DNA from: Podarcis tiliguerta
Taxonomy: Eukaryota
Assembly (NCBI GenBank): GCA_965153285.1
Contig: OZ229117.1
Direction: 5' to 3' (one strand)
DNA: 64,000 bases
A program made the position numbers and the translations under genes. Below are positions 25,126 through 39,390 of this stretch, piece by piece. The notes beneath the pieces were generated by a model, which worked only from the letters and a program-made list of their open reading frames with translations, searched no databases and was not told the DNA's origin. The number at the start of each line of letters is the position of its first letter. The stretch's first letter is position 1.

Positions 25126-26363
25126 TAAAACACATCAAAAAGTACACAACCAGATGGAAAACAATTTCCACATAAATCATAAAATCTAAAACTAAGAATA
25201 CAGCATTAATATCAATCACAATTTAAAATGACATAGATAAAAAATAAAAGCAATTTTAAAAACAAAACAAAAACTGAGCCCTCTCTGCCCAGCAGCAGCA
25301 GCACTCCTTATGGAGCCTGTCGTAAATGGCCAATTTGGTGAATCTTTTTTGGGGGGGTGGGGGTGGGGGGAAAATCAGCTCCATAGCCATGTAGATTTGT
25401 CAAAGCATGAGAATTGTGTCATCTTGTTTTCTGTCCCTGTCCTTAATTTATGTTGAAAAATTAAATTCTTGTTCCTTAAATAGGTTTTGGTGCCCAATTT
25501 GAAAGATGTTTTCCAAATCTGTTCTAGAAAGCTGTTGTCCTTCATCTGTAGACTTATCATTTTAATTATTCATCTGACAGTTAGTTGCTCTGTGAAGAAT
25601 GAGATAATGAGGATTGTAAAGACTGTTACATGCTAAAATCACCATAGAAATGAATAATTATGACAGTGATTGTTGTGGTGGTAACTCCTGTTTCACAATC
25701 TTATTTCTGCAAGTTTATTGTAGCCAGGGAATCCACTTCTGATGCTGGTAGTTTCATATCTGGGACATGCTGTTGCAAGGGTACATAACTTTTTCAAGAC
25801 CAAGGAACACATCAGATTAGTTGTAGCCTTCCATCCTTAGCAGGAGAACCAGGGCTATATAAGTTATCTAGTTGACATAATTTGCACAGTGAACAAATCC
25901 TATTTTATCAACTGAGTGCTCTCGCCAGCTAGAGTGGTCAAGAGGCTGGTCAACCCGTATGCTCAAAATAAAAATTTTAGCTGCTTAAAATCTAGAACTG
26001 GAGTGGGCCAAGAAATTTAAAAAGTTTGAAAACATAATAAATGCTGACATCTTATCACCCAGATAAGTGGAGAGAGTTAATGTTTTCAAAGTGCAAATGT
26101 GAGAGCTCACAATATATCTGTGAAGTGAAAGGCAAAAGATCCCGCGGGAACTGGGAGTCATTCAGAAGTGCCTCAGTGCTTGGATATTGTTCTTTGCAGT
26201 GAAAATGTAGGTGTCATTTGAATATCTGGCTACACAGAACATTTAGGCTGCAGTACCATAACCATTTAGCTGTGAGTATGTCCCATTGAACTTGATGGAG
26301 CTTACGTAGAAGTAGACTTGTTCTTAGAACTGCTCTGTTAATGTACATAATCTCTAATAGGAA

Positions 26364-26540
26364 CCAGTGTGGTGTAGTGGTTAGAGCGTCTGACTAAGAC
26401 CCCTCTCAGCTGTGATGTTCACTAGGTAGCCTATCCTACCTCACAGGGTTGTTGTGGGAATTAAATGAGGGGGAGAACCATGTACACCACCTTGAGCTCT
26501 TTGGAGAAAAAGGTGGAATATAATTGCAAATAACAACAAC
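26364..26540 (+). mobile_element. Older Squam3-like SINE with (CAA)n tail
   Basis: Same CAGTGTGGTGTAGTGGTTAGAG head; CCTACCTCACAGGGTTGTTGTG core. Confidence 0.6.
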
Positions 26541-27692
26541 TGGGCAGTCTGTCATTTCTCTGCAGGTTCCATCCTTCTCCCCATGATAGCAAAATAGTAT
26601 ACAATTATGTAATTGTCATTTTATTCACTGTGGAAACGTGCAAGTTTTCTTTATTCACACATTTTATACAAGTTGCAGAATTTTATTAATTGCAGAATGC
26701 GTGTGCAGATATCACTGTAGAATATTTGTTTATTGGGCAGTGTGTATATTAGCATGGGTTGTCTCAAGAAAACTGAAACAGAAAAGTATTCAATTCCCTA
26801 AATGGATTGAGATCTAATTTAGCCCGTTTGTCTGGTAAATGAAGGTAGTAAAGTGTACTTTTACATGCTGTGTAAATATCTGATTTCTTCCCTAACACCA
26901 AAAAAAAGAAAGAAAGAAAGAAATGACGGCACTACAAGCCTAACTGTTCTATCTGGTATCTACTGTGCTCTTCTGTTTACGAACAAATGGTTAGCCTTGC
27001 TGAGGCTTCCACTAACCGAAAAGGAGCAGAGGAAATTTTTGCCATTTCTGCCTTCTCCCCTCCCACACAGCTCTAAACCATCTTCCACATTGTTCTGAAG
27101 ATTCCCCCACCCCCTTGGAACACTTTTTCAGAGAACTGTATGGGAAAAGGTGAATTGGCAAAAAATTAATCCCTTCTCTTCCATTTGTGAAGATTTCTCA
27201 GTTGGATAGCCCACATGATGTATTTATGGCATGACATAATTGACAAGAGGGTTGTCCTGACCAGCAGTCAAAATGCTTGTGGGGTTGCCAAGTGCTCCTG
27301 AGGGATGTGAGAGAGAAAAGCTTGCATATTAAATTGCAGGCTTTTTTCTCTCACTCCCCATAGCAGCATCATTGAATGAGCTAGTAGCAGAGAAGTGGGG
27401 TGAGGAGACCAAAGGGAGACTTTCCCCCCTTTGTTCTTATCCCCCCAACCCACCCCCTGTGGAAGCAGCACTGGGAGGGCGAGGTTTCCATAGAATGGAA
27501 AATGTCTCACCATCAGTCCTTCAGCGAGGTGTGCAGATGAGTGGTTGGGAGTGCCCTGGTGTTCTTTTGAAGCCCCACCCTTACGCACACCACACCTTAC
27601 ATCACCTGCAAAATGGCACCGTGGGCTAAATGGCAATGCTTGAGGTTTCCCAATCCTGGTTTAAAGCGACATGAGAACTGGTTAGTGTTGAC

Positions 27693-27820
27693 CAGGCATC
27701 CCCAACCTTTTGGCCTCCAGATGTTTTGGACTACAATTCCCTGAACACCGGTCATGCTAGCTAGGGATCATGGGAGTTGTAGGCCAAAACCTCTGGAGGG
27801 CTGCAGGTTGGGGATGCCTA
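27693..27820. mobile_element. Palindromic hAT MITE
   Basis: TIRs CAGGCATCCCCAACCT / AGGTTGGGGATGCCTA; perfect 8-bp TSD GTGTTGAC. Confidence 0.9.
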
Positions 27821-30800
27821 GTGTTGACTGAATTGCGTGAACCAATTGTCTGATGTGCTATAAGACAACTTCCTCAGCTCCTGTGGTCTTGGCTAATATT
27901 TTTGTGTCTAATTCTGTGGGGTGCAATGAGCATGACTGGAGGAAGTGAAAAAATATATTAATAAAATAACAGAAGTATTAAATACATAAAAGTGTTTGTT
28001 GGCACAGAAAATCCCCTAGTCTTCCTACTTCCCAAATGTTGATTGTAATCCACTCTTGGGAATTACATTATATGACTCAGTAACTTGGGGGGGGGGGGAG
28101 GAAAGCACTCCAATAGAATAGAATAGAATCATTTATACTCATTTTTATTGAATTTATTGATTGCTTTTTTTACCAAGGTAACAGAAAGTGGCTTACAGTA
28201 TTTTATTATTGGCATTTATTGGCATAAGGTGGCTTACAATATATAAACAAACATACAGCCATAAAAAAAATCTAAAAGTCCGTGCTATTTTTAAAAGGAA
28301 AGATTAAAATAATAATGGCACCAGGCAAGCCCCCCTGGAATGAACATTCCATAAGTAGGGAGCCTCCACTGAAAAGGCTTGTTCTCATGTTGCCATGCTC
28401 CAGACCTACCAAGGAGGGTGGACATGAAGGAGGGGGGTCTACCAAGGAGCAAAGTGGACTTTATGAAGTGGTGGAAGGGTCTCAAGGGTGATAGTGTCAG
28501 CTCCCTGAGCCATTCATATGTTCCACAGGTGGACCAGTGCTTCTGGAAGCCAGTTATATCCATTAGCCTCCAGTGGCAGATCATCCTAATAGGCCCCTTG
28601 CCTCTGCAAAGCGGAAAAGATGCTGAAAGCCTAGATCTCAACAGGAAATGATTCTACCATGCCAAGGGACTGGTGTTACTATCCCCCACTTTCAGACCCC
28701 CCTCTAATTGCAAACTTAGTTATCTGAGTGGTGCTTCTTATACAGTATAGCCAAAACTGCTGCAGCCAATGAATAATGTATCAGCAAGCCTAGGGGCAAA
28801 CTGCAGAAGTCCAAAAAGCTTTAGGGGAAAAGGTGCTGGTGGTGGGAAAGAGAAAACAGCCTAATGAGAACTGAGCATGTGCAGTGAGCAAAATATGTCT
28901 GGCCGGAACTCTGAGCAGAAGCATTCCACACTGCAATGCTTTTTGCAGGGCACACTTGAATGTCTGTTTATTTGGTATTCATATAGAACATTTTTAATGG
29001 GAGAAATTATGAAAGTAGCTTTTCCCCATGACATCTGATCTAAGTGGATTTGTAAAATATTTGCCCAAACTTGATAGCTGCTGTTAATCATATGCAGAGT
29101 AGACCAACTAAAATCAATGGGCTTACATAACTTTCATTGGTTGTACTTGGTTATCACTCATTGTCATTAATCACATCATCCTATACTTGAAATCAGTAAA
29201 ATTTAGATAAATATTCAAAATGCCACGCTTAAAATAATTTATTTGCTGTTTCAGTGTTCTTTATTTTTAACTAGGGAGCAATACATGGGTAAATGGCTTT
29301 TATTTCTTTTTTAATGAATGCTGCAGGTTAGGTTCTTGTTTTGAGCAGAGTTTTACATTTGCCATGTTTCCCAACATGCAGGGAATGTTGTTTGAAAATA
29401 AACCCTGAATAACATGTGACTGTCCAACTTTATTGAGAAAGGCTAGGATGAACATAGCCATTCTCCCCTTGCAGTCTCAGTACCAGACGTTAGACACAGG
29501 CAGCTGACACTGCTAGGGGGCTCTACAGTTCCGGCAAAGCTCTTCTGAGTTCACAACTCATGCAAGCTCTCTCCTTAGCTGCTCTCTATGGCTCTCCTGA
29601 CCTCTAGGGGTTCACTTCCTGTTGGAAGTGCTTCTTTTCCTGCAGCAGGTATATGCAGCAGGCTGGCTCTTTGTTACCCACTGCACTCCTCTCTCCCTAG
29701 ATGCTTCGAAGGTAGGAATCAATGAATTGCTTTTATGATTCTGCAAACACAACCCTGGGAAGGGCTTGAAGATGGAATGTCCACTGTATTTTATGCTAAA
29801 CAATGTTTCCCAGACCTGGGAGGGGCAGTGGGATTCACTTGCTAGTTGAACACCCCCCTCCCCATCAGTGTTTCTGACTATTTCTTTAATCTTATTTGGC
29901 CACGGCTCAAGAATATCTGACTTTTGTATGCTATTACAAAACAATATTTATCTATTACTTACACTCCCAGGAATGGTATGCTTGGAGGCATTCTGTACAA
30001 AAGTTGATATATATTTTTTAAAGTTACATTTCTATAGTTTTTCTCTGTGCCCCCCCCCCCCTGTAAATAAACCTTGTAGTACAATGAGCAGAAAGAAATC
30101 CAGGAAGGCATAGTATTATTTCAAGCATCTAAGAACTTGTAATTGTGGTAGAAGTTGATAGCAACTGGATGATGATGTTATTAAAAATAATGTTGAACCA
30201 TGTCAGTTTTTCTTAATGAACTCAAACAGATAACTTGTCTGCTGATATTTATAGAAAATTTAATTGAATATGTGATGTCTTGATATTGTAGAAATGTTTT
30301 TCAGTTAGTTGTAAAATTGAAATGCTGTCAAATATTTTTGGGCTCAAAGTAGGTAGTGTTTAAAACTAGCAGAAAATAAAATAATGAAATAAAATTGTAT
30401 ATTGTATTGAAACATGTCAATAATATGTTTGCTTACTAATAATATTCTTAGTATTTATATATTGCTCTTTCCAAGTGTAGATACCATTGTCCTTAGGATT
30501 ATTTTTAGGTTTCAAAAAATTATTTACTGTTCCCCAATTTGAGAACTCTTTGCATTCCTCCAGAGTTCTATAAAATCAGTCGAAAAGCCCTGTAAGGTAG
30601 GCCATTATAATTTCCCACATACTGCAGATGGGTATTAAAGAGCAAATAAGAGTGGTTTGCTAGTAACTTGATGGTTGAGGTAAATTAAATCCAGTGTTTC
30701 ACACACAAAACTTCTTCTTTTCTTTCCTGCCAGACAACGGTAGCCACCAGACTTAACCTTCAGTTTTCAAAGAGTCTTATCCTAGCCATAGAAAATGATC

Positions 30801-33800
30801 AAGCCTGGGCTTGGAGAAACATTTGGGGAGCGAATTCCCATCGTTGTGAGGTAACTGCCAATAGTACATTGTTGAGAGCCCTTGTTGTGTGGATATGGTA
30901 CCCGATATTTTTTTAAATAAAGGGGTAGATATGAATGGCTGTTGTGGGCTATGGAAAAGGGGGCTGTTTTGGAGTGAAACAGACTTTATTTTGTTACTGC
31001 CTTCTATTGCTAATCCCATCTTTTTCATTGTGGAACCCAAGGTTTTAAAGACTAGCATTGCATATTGTGCTCAGAAGACAAAGGAAAGCTGGAGCACTGG
31101 TATTACTGCTACCGCTACCGATGACCCAGCCCACTTAAGGAAACAAGCCACTCCATTTTGCCCTGGCTTAATATAAACAGTATTTTTAGGACATTATTAT
31201 TATTTGTGTTCTCGTGGGCTGCAGCCAGTTTAATGGAACACCCTTTAACTTTCTAGTAGTAACAATATTACCTTTAGCAATCGTAACAATGCTTCAGCAT
31301 TTTTGGAGCGATCAAAGATGCACATACCCAATAATCATTTCAGATTTCAAGGCCATTTTAAAAATCAGTTATAGGATACTGGGGGTACTGTCTGCTTGCA
31401 TTTTTCCAGCAGTTGGTCTCTTGTATCTTAAGTTGTATCACTCCTGTGATGGTGATTGCTAGTTGTTTTGTGGTGAGGGGATTCAGGTTTTGCACTAGAG
31501 CCTGGATTTCACGCATTGTGTAAATTATAGCAGGTAACTTAATGCTACATCTCTACATCATCCCCACCCTAGCTTCTCTCATGCGTCTCTTTCTTCTTCT
31601 GAAATTAAACTTACACATTCTCACATTCACCCGCTTTCTTCAGTCCCCCTCTGATTTTTTTTCCATCTCCATTGTCTAAAGATAGGGCTAAAACAGACAT
31701 GATGTGGAAAATCTGTGATCGGACCTCTGCACTTTTAATCACACTCAAAAGCAGGTGTAAGGGGCTCCTATTTCAGTTGCAGTCATGGTGCTGGGAGAGG
31801 AATTGAATCCTCCTGTACAGGAACGCTGCATTTATAGGTCTCAAAAGCTGTTTTTCACCTTGTAGCAATAAAGATCTTCCCTTCTCTCCAAGCTATGAAG
31901 CCCGCTGGGTGACCTTGGGCCAGTCACTATCATTCGGTCATAGGATGGTTGAGAGTATAAAATGGGCAGAAAATCTTTTACACCACCCTGAGCTTCTTGG
32001 AGGAAGGGTAGGATAAAAGTGTTATGATTTCTTAAAAAGACACATGCAGCAGCAGCAAACAACAACAACAATTTGTTACTCGCTTTTTATCCTAAGATCA
32101 CAGCAATTTAAGATACAGCATTGAAAACTTTTTAAAGCTAATTATAATCCCAATAATAGGGTGACAGTTGTAGTCTAAAACACATGGAGGGCACCAGGTT
32201 GTTGGAGGCTGTGCTACACCACTTTGTGCAACTGAGTTTATATTAATCAAAAAATCTTTGAGACAGAAAATCAAGATGTGTTTACATAGCAAGAGAGATG
32301 GTTAATGGCCATTGACTTTGCACATGACAGAACACTGAAAGGATGAGAGGGAAGGGGAAAAGAAAGGGGATTCAAGTTGATGTAAACTTTACTCAGAAAT
32401 CAGCACTATACTTTGGGAAACACGGATGGGAGATTGCAGCTGCAGAAACTATAAACTCTAGTACATTATTCATATGTTTGTATGCCCTACTGGTAATTAT
32501 GGACATGATTCTGGAGCCATCTCTCAATGGTGAAATTATTCTGCTTTCTGTTGCCTAAAGTTTAGGTTCATGTGGTTGTCAACTATTGGCCCTGGTTGCT
32601 ACGGTGTGAAGATGACTCCTAGAACCAGACCAGATTTGTCTGTGCCTGCTGACTGAACATAATGAAGTTTAAAGCCATCTTCTTCTTTTAGTAGTAGTAG
32701 TAGTAAATCAGATGCCATGGGGTTACTGGTTTAAAATAAGCATTATTTTTAAGAGCTTCTGGACCAAACTTTCTGCATACGCCTTATGCAGCACTGTGAA
32801 TTGCATTTCATTCTGCCACATGCAACCTTTGTAGCGAAGTGTAGAGCTTATATTGTGAATAAAAGTACACATATTGCTAAGAACTACCAATTATATTCAA
32901 AAATTAATAATTCTAAAACAAAATACTTTGTTTAATTTTCCTTTATTTGCACATTCTAAATATCTTAATGTATATTAAATTAATTGTTTCAAGAAGCAAA
33001 TGTTGCTGGAACCATTTTATTTGCATCCCAACATTCATTCATTCATTCATTCATTTTATTTGTGTGCTACTTTTACCCACACAAAATCATGCTCAAAGCA
33101 GCTTATAACAGAGAAAACAGGAATGCACTTCAAGCAAACACTACAAAAAGAATTTTATAATAACATAGCAAAGCAATGACATAGTAACAATTTCATAGTA
33201 ACATGGCACAACAATAGCAAATATAATAACATACAAAAAGCCACATTTCAAGATTACTTAAACATGCAGCATCCAACAGCAAAAGTAACAACTATGTCAT
33301 ATTGGGTTCATGTACATACTGGTGTTGGGAATTTTGGTCCTCTGTTCTTAATTTACTTTGTGTTACAACATTGCTAAAAATTAAGGTGCAAACTCAGATT
33401 CTATGAATCTAGGAGGAAGGAAGTTGGGAACTGTCAGTAGTGATAATTTGTATCAATTTTCACAGTAATTTTTTTACCCTTCAAGTGTAAAAAAATCACT
33501 GTTAGTGTTGGGGGATAATTTTGTATATCATGAAACTACATTGTTACCCTTGGCAGACAAGCCAGGAGCCAGATTACCCTTGCTAGAGAAGTCAACTCTC
33601 CTCTTTGCCAATGATGCCTACTTAGTATGAAACCCACACATACATGGGCTCATTTTAGGTGAGATATAGGCTGGATGAGTTCGAAATGCTTCGTGTTGAA
33701 GCAAACTGCTTTGTGTCTTATTCTGCTCTGATGATCTTTTGTTTTTTAGCAGCTTCTTGAGTTTATTGTTACTTTTTTGACTCAAATGTACTGTGGTGTA

Positions 33801-34829
33801 TCACAAGGATGATTTTAAGGCCCAACCATAATTCAGAATATACTGCAACTGTTTTAGAGATATGCTAAATATGGCAAAGTGTGCTGCCTCAGTAGAATCA
33901 ACACTAAATATTTTTAACCAGATTTGAATATTATTCTTTTAGCATCTAGAGTAAAATACAAAGAAGAAAAAATGCCATCGAAGCAACAAAGAAAGCGACA
34001 GAAGAGACGTAGATACTACCACCTCAAAAAGCTAAAAGGGGTGAGGAGAAATATTGCAGGGACCACACTTAAATCAGAGATACATAAGATAATAAAAATA
34101 ACATATAAAGCCAAAATTTTAAAATTAGGCTAACGTTGCTAAAAGAAATAGGACAAAATGTGTCCTGAGGGGAAATAAGGTGTAGTCTAAAAAGCACCTA
34201 TGATCAAAAGACAAAAAAGGGACACGGGAGGGGGAGCAGAGAGATAGATTTTAAAGCTTTTCTTTTCTTTAAAAATGCCTTATACTTTGTGCCCCTTACT
34301 ACAGTATAGCTAATGTTATGAGGAATTCTTTTGGATCTCTAAAATCAGTCACAACAAAATTTCAAATAAGGTTAAATCTAAAACAATTTGTTACTCATAC
34401 AGACAACTTAGCAGCGCAGATTAGACAAGAGACGGATAAATTTAAGGTAGGCATTCTGAAAGACTAAAACAACTGTAAACTGTAAAGAGAATTTATATAC
34501 TGCCCACTCACATAAAACATCACAGTAATATATGCAAATACTATAACACATAAAATGCCATAAAACCATACAAAAGAATTACAAGAATGTCTCATCTTAA
34601 AGAAGAAATTAAACAATTGAATAGTCCTTTATAGTGATTACTGTCATCACTGTAAATTATTTTTATTAATCATGTTCTCAGTAACAAAAACAGCAGTAGC
34701 TTTACTAGAAAACTGAATACAGATGAGCTCATGTATTACCAATCAAAATACAGAAAATGATTTGTGTACAGAAATATAGTTTGTACTTTATTGTGCAAAA
34801 GGCCACAAAACTCCATGATGATTCTGAGC

Positions 34830-35226
34830 TGGCTCGCACATAATGCTAAGCCAGACTATGTTTAGCATGAATACATGTGCATGCAGGCTCCTGGAGAGGA
34901 AATTGTAAGCACTTTGCTCCTCCTCTGGTCCTGCTGCTGCTCTGCTGTGAGCTAAGCTATGGTTTGGCTCAGCAGGTCCAAACCTGGGCTCCTGGTTTGC
35001 CTCATGCTAGACAAATTGTGAGCTGTAAGCAAAGTTCATAGTTTTACAGCTTTCTGGAGAAGAAAAACTATGAGCCTAAGTTTAGACAACATGCTATAAG
35101 ACAAACTCTAGCAGTGCAGCAGCAAGAGGACTAGGTAAGGAGAGCCATCATGATTGTGATCTCTCAGTCACACATAGACATGTGCACTAAGACATAGTCT
35201 GGCTTAGCATTACATGTGAACCATCT
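34830..35226. repeat. Long foldback (palindromic) element
   Basis: TAATGCTAAGCCAGACTATGT vs ACATAGTCTGGCTTAGCATTA, with further internal inverted similarity. Confidence 0.75.
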
Positions 35227-35501
35227 TAGGTGATTTGGTTAAATATTGTTAAGAATGTTCAGCATACACTATTTACATTTGCTAGAAGATCAGTAAATAG
35301 TACAGGAAAGAGAGATAAAATTAAGGACTTCATTACATATGAGCTGAGCCCAAAGATAAACCTAAGCTCATATTCTCAGTCATAGAAGCTTGTGAGAAAT
35401 GCAGAGTTCCGTTGAGTTTAGTTCTCCATCCTCTAGTATTTCTCACATGTTAAGTCTTATGTGGGAATTGGTGTTCACAAAATATTGGATCTAATCAAGT
35501 T

Positions 35502-35783
35502 AAGGTAAAGGGACCCCTGACCGTTAGTTCCAGTCGCAGACGACTCGGGGGTGTGTGTGCTCATCTCGCTTTACTGGCCGAAGGAGCCGGCGTTTGTCTG
35601 CAGACAGCTTCTGGGTCATGTGGCCAGCATGACTCAGCCGCTTCTGGTGAACCAGAGCAACGCATGGAAACGCTGTTTACCTTCCCGCCAGAGCAGTACC
35701 TATTTATCTACTTGCACTTTGACATGCTTTCAAACTGCTAGGTTGGCAGGAGCAGGGACTGAGCAATGGGAGCCCACCCTGTT
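35502..35783 (-). mobile_element. Sauria SINE, 5'-truncated
   Basis: AAGGTAAAGG tail and GTACCTATTTATCTACTTGCAC core in reverse orientation. Confidence 0.8.
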
Positions 35784-35876
35784 ACAAGACTATAATTCAA
35801 GCAAATTTGGAAAGTATAATGCTCACAATGTGTTGTACAAAATGTGGTGTACTAGAGACAGAAGTGAACTGTAGAG

Positions 35877-36162
35877 CAGGGGTCAGCAACCTAAGGCCCA
35901 TGGGCCACCCCCGCTGCCTGCTCGGTCGGCTCCTGTGCGCCATACTAAACCGGCACGTAGCAGAGTGGGGAACCGCCTTCTGCGACGCTGGCCGACTTCC
36001 CATTGGCTGCAGGAAGCTCCTTCAGCCAATGGGAAGCTGTGCACGCCTCCTCCATGCTGGAAATAGCGTTTGCGCATGTGTTCACGCACACACACTCTGG
36101 CCCACCGCGGCGTCTGTAGGACCGTGAACCGGCCCAAGCCACAGAAACTTTGCTGACTCCTG
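35877..36162. mobile_element. hAT MITE
   Basis: CAGGGGTCAGCAA / TTGCTGACTCCTG TIRs; degenerate TSD CTGTAGAG/ATGTAAAG. Confidence 0.8.
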
Positions 36163-36305
36163 ATGTAAAGCAAGGGGATGGAGCAACTCTGCTATGAAGA
36201 TGGGTTACATTTGTAGCTTTTTAACTAAAGAAAATAGGTGAGGGTGGGGACACAATTGAGCTGTATGAGAACATGCATGGGTAGTGGATAGGGAAATGTT
36301 TTTTC

Positions 36306-36555
36306 CAGTGTGGTGTAGTGGTTAAGAGCGGTAGTCTCGTAATCTGGGGAACCAGGTTCGTGTCTCTGCTCTTCCACATGCAGCTGCTGGGTGACCTTGG
36401 GCTAGTCACACTTCTTTGAAGTCTCTCAGCCCCACTCACCTTACAGAGTGTTTGTTGTGGGGGAGGAAGGGAAAGGAGAATGTTAGCCGCTTTGAGACTC
36501 CTTCGGGTAGTGATAAAGCAGGATATCAAATCCAAACTCTTCTTCTCTTCTTCTT
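36306..36555 (+). mobile_element. tRNA-derived SINE (Squam3-like) with (CTT)n tail
   Basis: A-box TGGTGTAGTGG, B-box GGTTCG, GTGACCTTGGGCTAGTCAC core, CTT-rich tail. Confidence 0.75.
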
Positions 36556-36559
36556 CACA

Positions 36560-36942
36560 ATGCCAGAACCTACTGCATCTAGTGAAGCTGAATATCGGAA
36601 GATTCCAGTTAGACAAAAGCAGACTTGTTCACACATTGCATAAACTCCTGATTTCGTTTTCACATAAGGTAGTGACAGTCCCCAACTTGGGTTGCATTAA
36701 AAGAGAATTAGACAATTCACGGAGGAGAATGCTATGAGTGGCTACTAGCCACAATGGCCATGTCCTACTTCCACTGTTGGAGGCAGTACATCTCTGAATT
36801 CCTGTTGCAGGATGTCATAAGTGAGGAGAGTGCTATTGCATCACTGTCCTGCCTATGGCCTTCCCGTAGGCATCTGGTTGGCTAATGTGAAAACAATTTG
36901 GTCCAGATAGGCCTTTGGCCTGATCCAGCAAGGCTCTTCTTA
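36560..36942 (+). mobile_element. Old CR1 3' end
   Basis: Degenerate ORF2 end and 3'UTR ending GGCCTGATCCAGCAAGGCTCTTCTTA. Confidence 0.55.
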
Positions 36943-37099
36943 GTGCAGCATTGGTGGTGTGATTATCCCATAAACTGTTTTATGCTCCCAGTGGAGCACA
37001 TGGATGAAGTATTGAAAGTTAGGTCTTGACACTGCTGCCTTTCTACAGAGCCTCATTAAGCCTTTACTACTTTTAATCATAGATGAAATTAGCATTGTG

Positions 37100-37660
37100 T
37101 CTAATATGTTTGCTTTTATTCATCTACAATTACAAGAAATTGGCCTGGTTCCCCTGAATTTCTGATATTGCATCTGAATGCACCGGGTCTTTCTGAAAGA
37201 TTTTTGACAGCTGAAAGTCTGACAAACCCCAAGGTATCACAAAGATTTAATCTCCTTATTACTGGCTGCTGTACGCTTAGAAGTTGCTCAAAACTGGAAA
37301 GCCCCAGATGGGCCCTCCAAAGAGAGATGGTGGTCAAGAATATGGGATATTGCTCTTTCAACACTCATGTCATCATCATGCAGTGATTAAGGGTTTGGCA
37401 AAACATGATAACTTTGTCATCTGGTTTCTGTTTATAGGCTTTATTAATAAATATAATGCTGGCTATTGGTACCCAGTGACTCATGGTTTATGTTGGAATG
37501 GATATTTTATGTTCATCTCGTTTTGGTAGATGTCTCACAGTGTTACGTTTCAATACATCACACCCTTGTTGTAATTGTAAATCTGGCTGCTAAACCTCTG
37601 TTACCTGTTATACTGTTTACATTAAAACCAATAAAACTAAATACAAATACAAAAAAAGAA
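37100..37660 (+). mobile_element. L1-type LINE 3' end
   Basis: Degenerate HKDLISLLLAAVRLEVAQNWK...RWWSRIWDIAL; AATAAA and A-rich tail ~37630-37660. Confidence 0.65.
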
Positions 37661-39390
37661 TGTCCATATATGGCCTGCAGTTTTATCATGGTTTGTTTTC
37701 TGGCAACGAACCAGCATGAGAAACCATGGCTTGTTTAAACTATGGTTTAATGCTCTGTCTGAATCCACTGGTCTTGTTTAACTGTTGTTTGTTAGAACAC
37801 CCCACCCCATATGCTTGCTAAGCTACAGACACATCAGCAGCTGGAAAACAAAGCAAGCTCTGGGGAAACAAGCCATAAATTGTTTACTTATCTGTGAGAC
37901 ATATTTCCTGAAGAAACCATGATTGGTTTCCCCAGCTATTGCTTAGCCTCGAATGTGAACTTAGCCATTGTAATGATGACCAATGATGCTGTATTGGATA
38001 GTATCATTTTTGGAAACACTCTGCAAAAAGAGCAGTCCTTTCTTTTGAACATTAACAAGTGGAGCCATAAGACAAGTGACTTCAGTATCTGATGTTTCTT
38101 CATCTGTGATTGAAGAATTAACAAAGTCTGTCAGACAGAGTGAAGATGAATGAGTATGTTTGGTTGTTGGATAGGTACATGAGGGTAGGTAAATTGACTT
38201 TGGAATACAAAGCAGAATCAGACCAGAGATTTGATTTTTGTGCAGACGTAAGAGAACAGGAGATAGTTTTTGTCTTATTAATAAATGATGATCCTTTTAC
38301 TCAGTGTTAATGACAACTTTGAAGGAATGTGGTAAATTCAATCAAATGATATTAAGTAGAGACAAAAAATACACAGTTAAAAAAGCAGCAATAGATGCTT
38401 TACAGTCCTAGTATTTCACAATATAACTTTGAAAAAAAATGAATCAGAAATTAATGTTAATTGGAAGATGATGTTCCTAGAACTATAGATTTAGAGACTG
38501 TTCTCAAAGTGTACATAAATACCTATGTTATATTTCAGGAGAAATTGACACACTGGTAGAAGATAAGTTAACAGTGCTATGGGGGACACTGCAGGTTTGA
38601 AATATAAAAGCCAAAACATGAGAGTATATTCCCTGACCAGTATGACAGAGTATTTCCTGACTAATGGCATCTGTTAAAAGCAGACAGAGCAGAGAATAGT
38701 CAAATTTTAAAATACTAGAACACAAAATTATATGCAGGACTTAAGTTTTCATTAATGAGAGAAACACATGTTACGAGGAAACAGTTTCCTCTCACAATGT
38801 CATATTTTGATCATGTTGTGTACCAATTAATTTCCCTAGGCTCTAAAGCTTTTCTCGCTGTTCCACTGCTGTGCCTTGTGAAAATCTGATCTTACCCACT
38901 GAATTGAAGCTCGGTTAAGCAGAATCTCTTCAAATCTGATCAGATCCGATTCAGCGGGTAAGATTAATACAATCAAAATACGGCCAAGTGAAAGTGTGGT
39001 TAAACTTATTCTGTTATAATATTTTCTACTTTGCTTGTACAGATAGCTAGTTGTATCCATCACTTGTACATTTTACAGTGTGTTCTAGTTTGCTAACACT
39101 TGTATTGCTAACACTTATACTGCTGGTCTAACTTGATATTATCTATGAGACCCTGTGAGTGCCTTTTAGAGGGGAAAAAGCACTGGTCTACAAATCCACT
39201 GAAATGTGAATAATTAGGCCACTACATTCCTTACCTGTCAGTGTACCTCTTTGGGTAGATTATTTTCAAAAAATGCTTTGACATTTTTAATTACCAGAAA
39301 CCATTGTTATGGCACTAGGAAGCACAGCTACAAGTACCGCATCATGTTAGTAACAGTACCATTCTCAACCCTACTATGTTAGAGGCAGCA

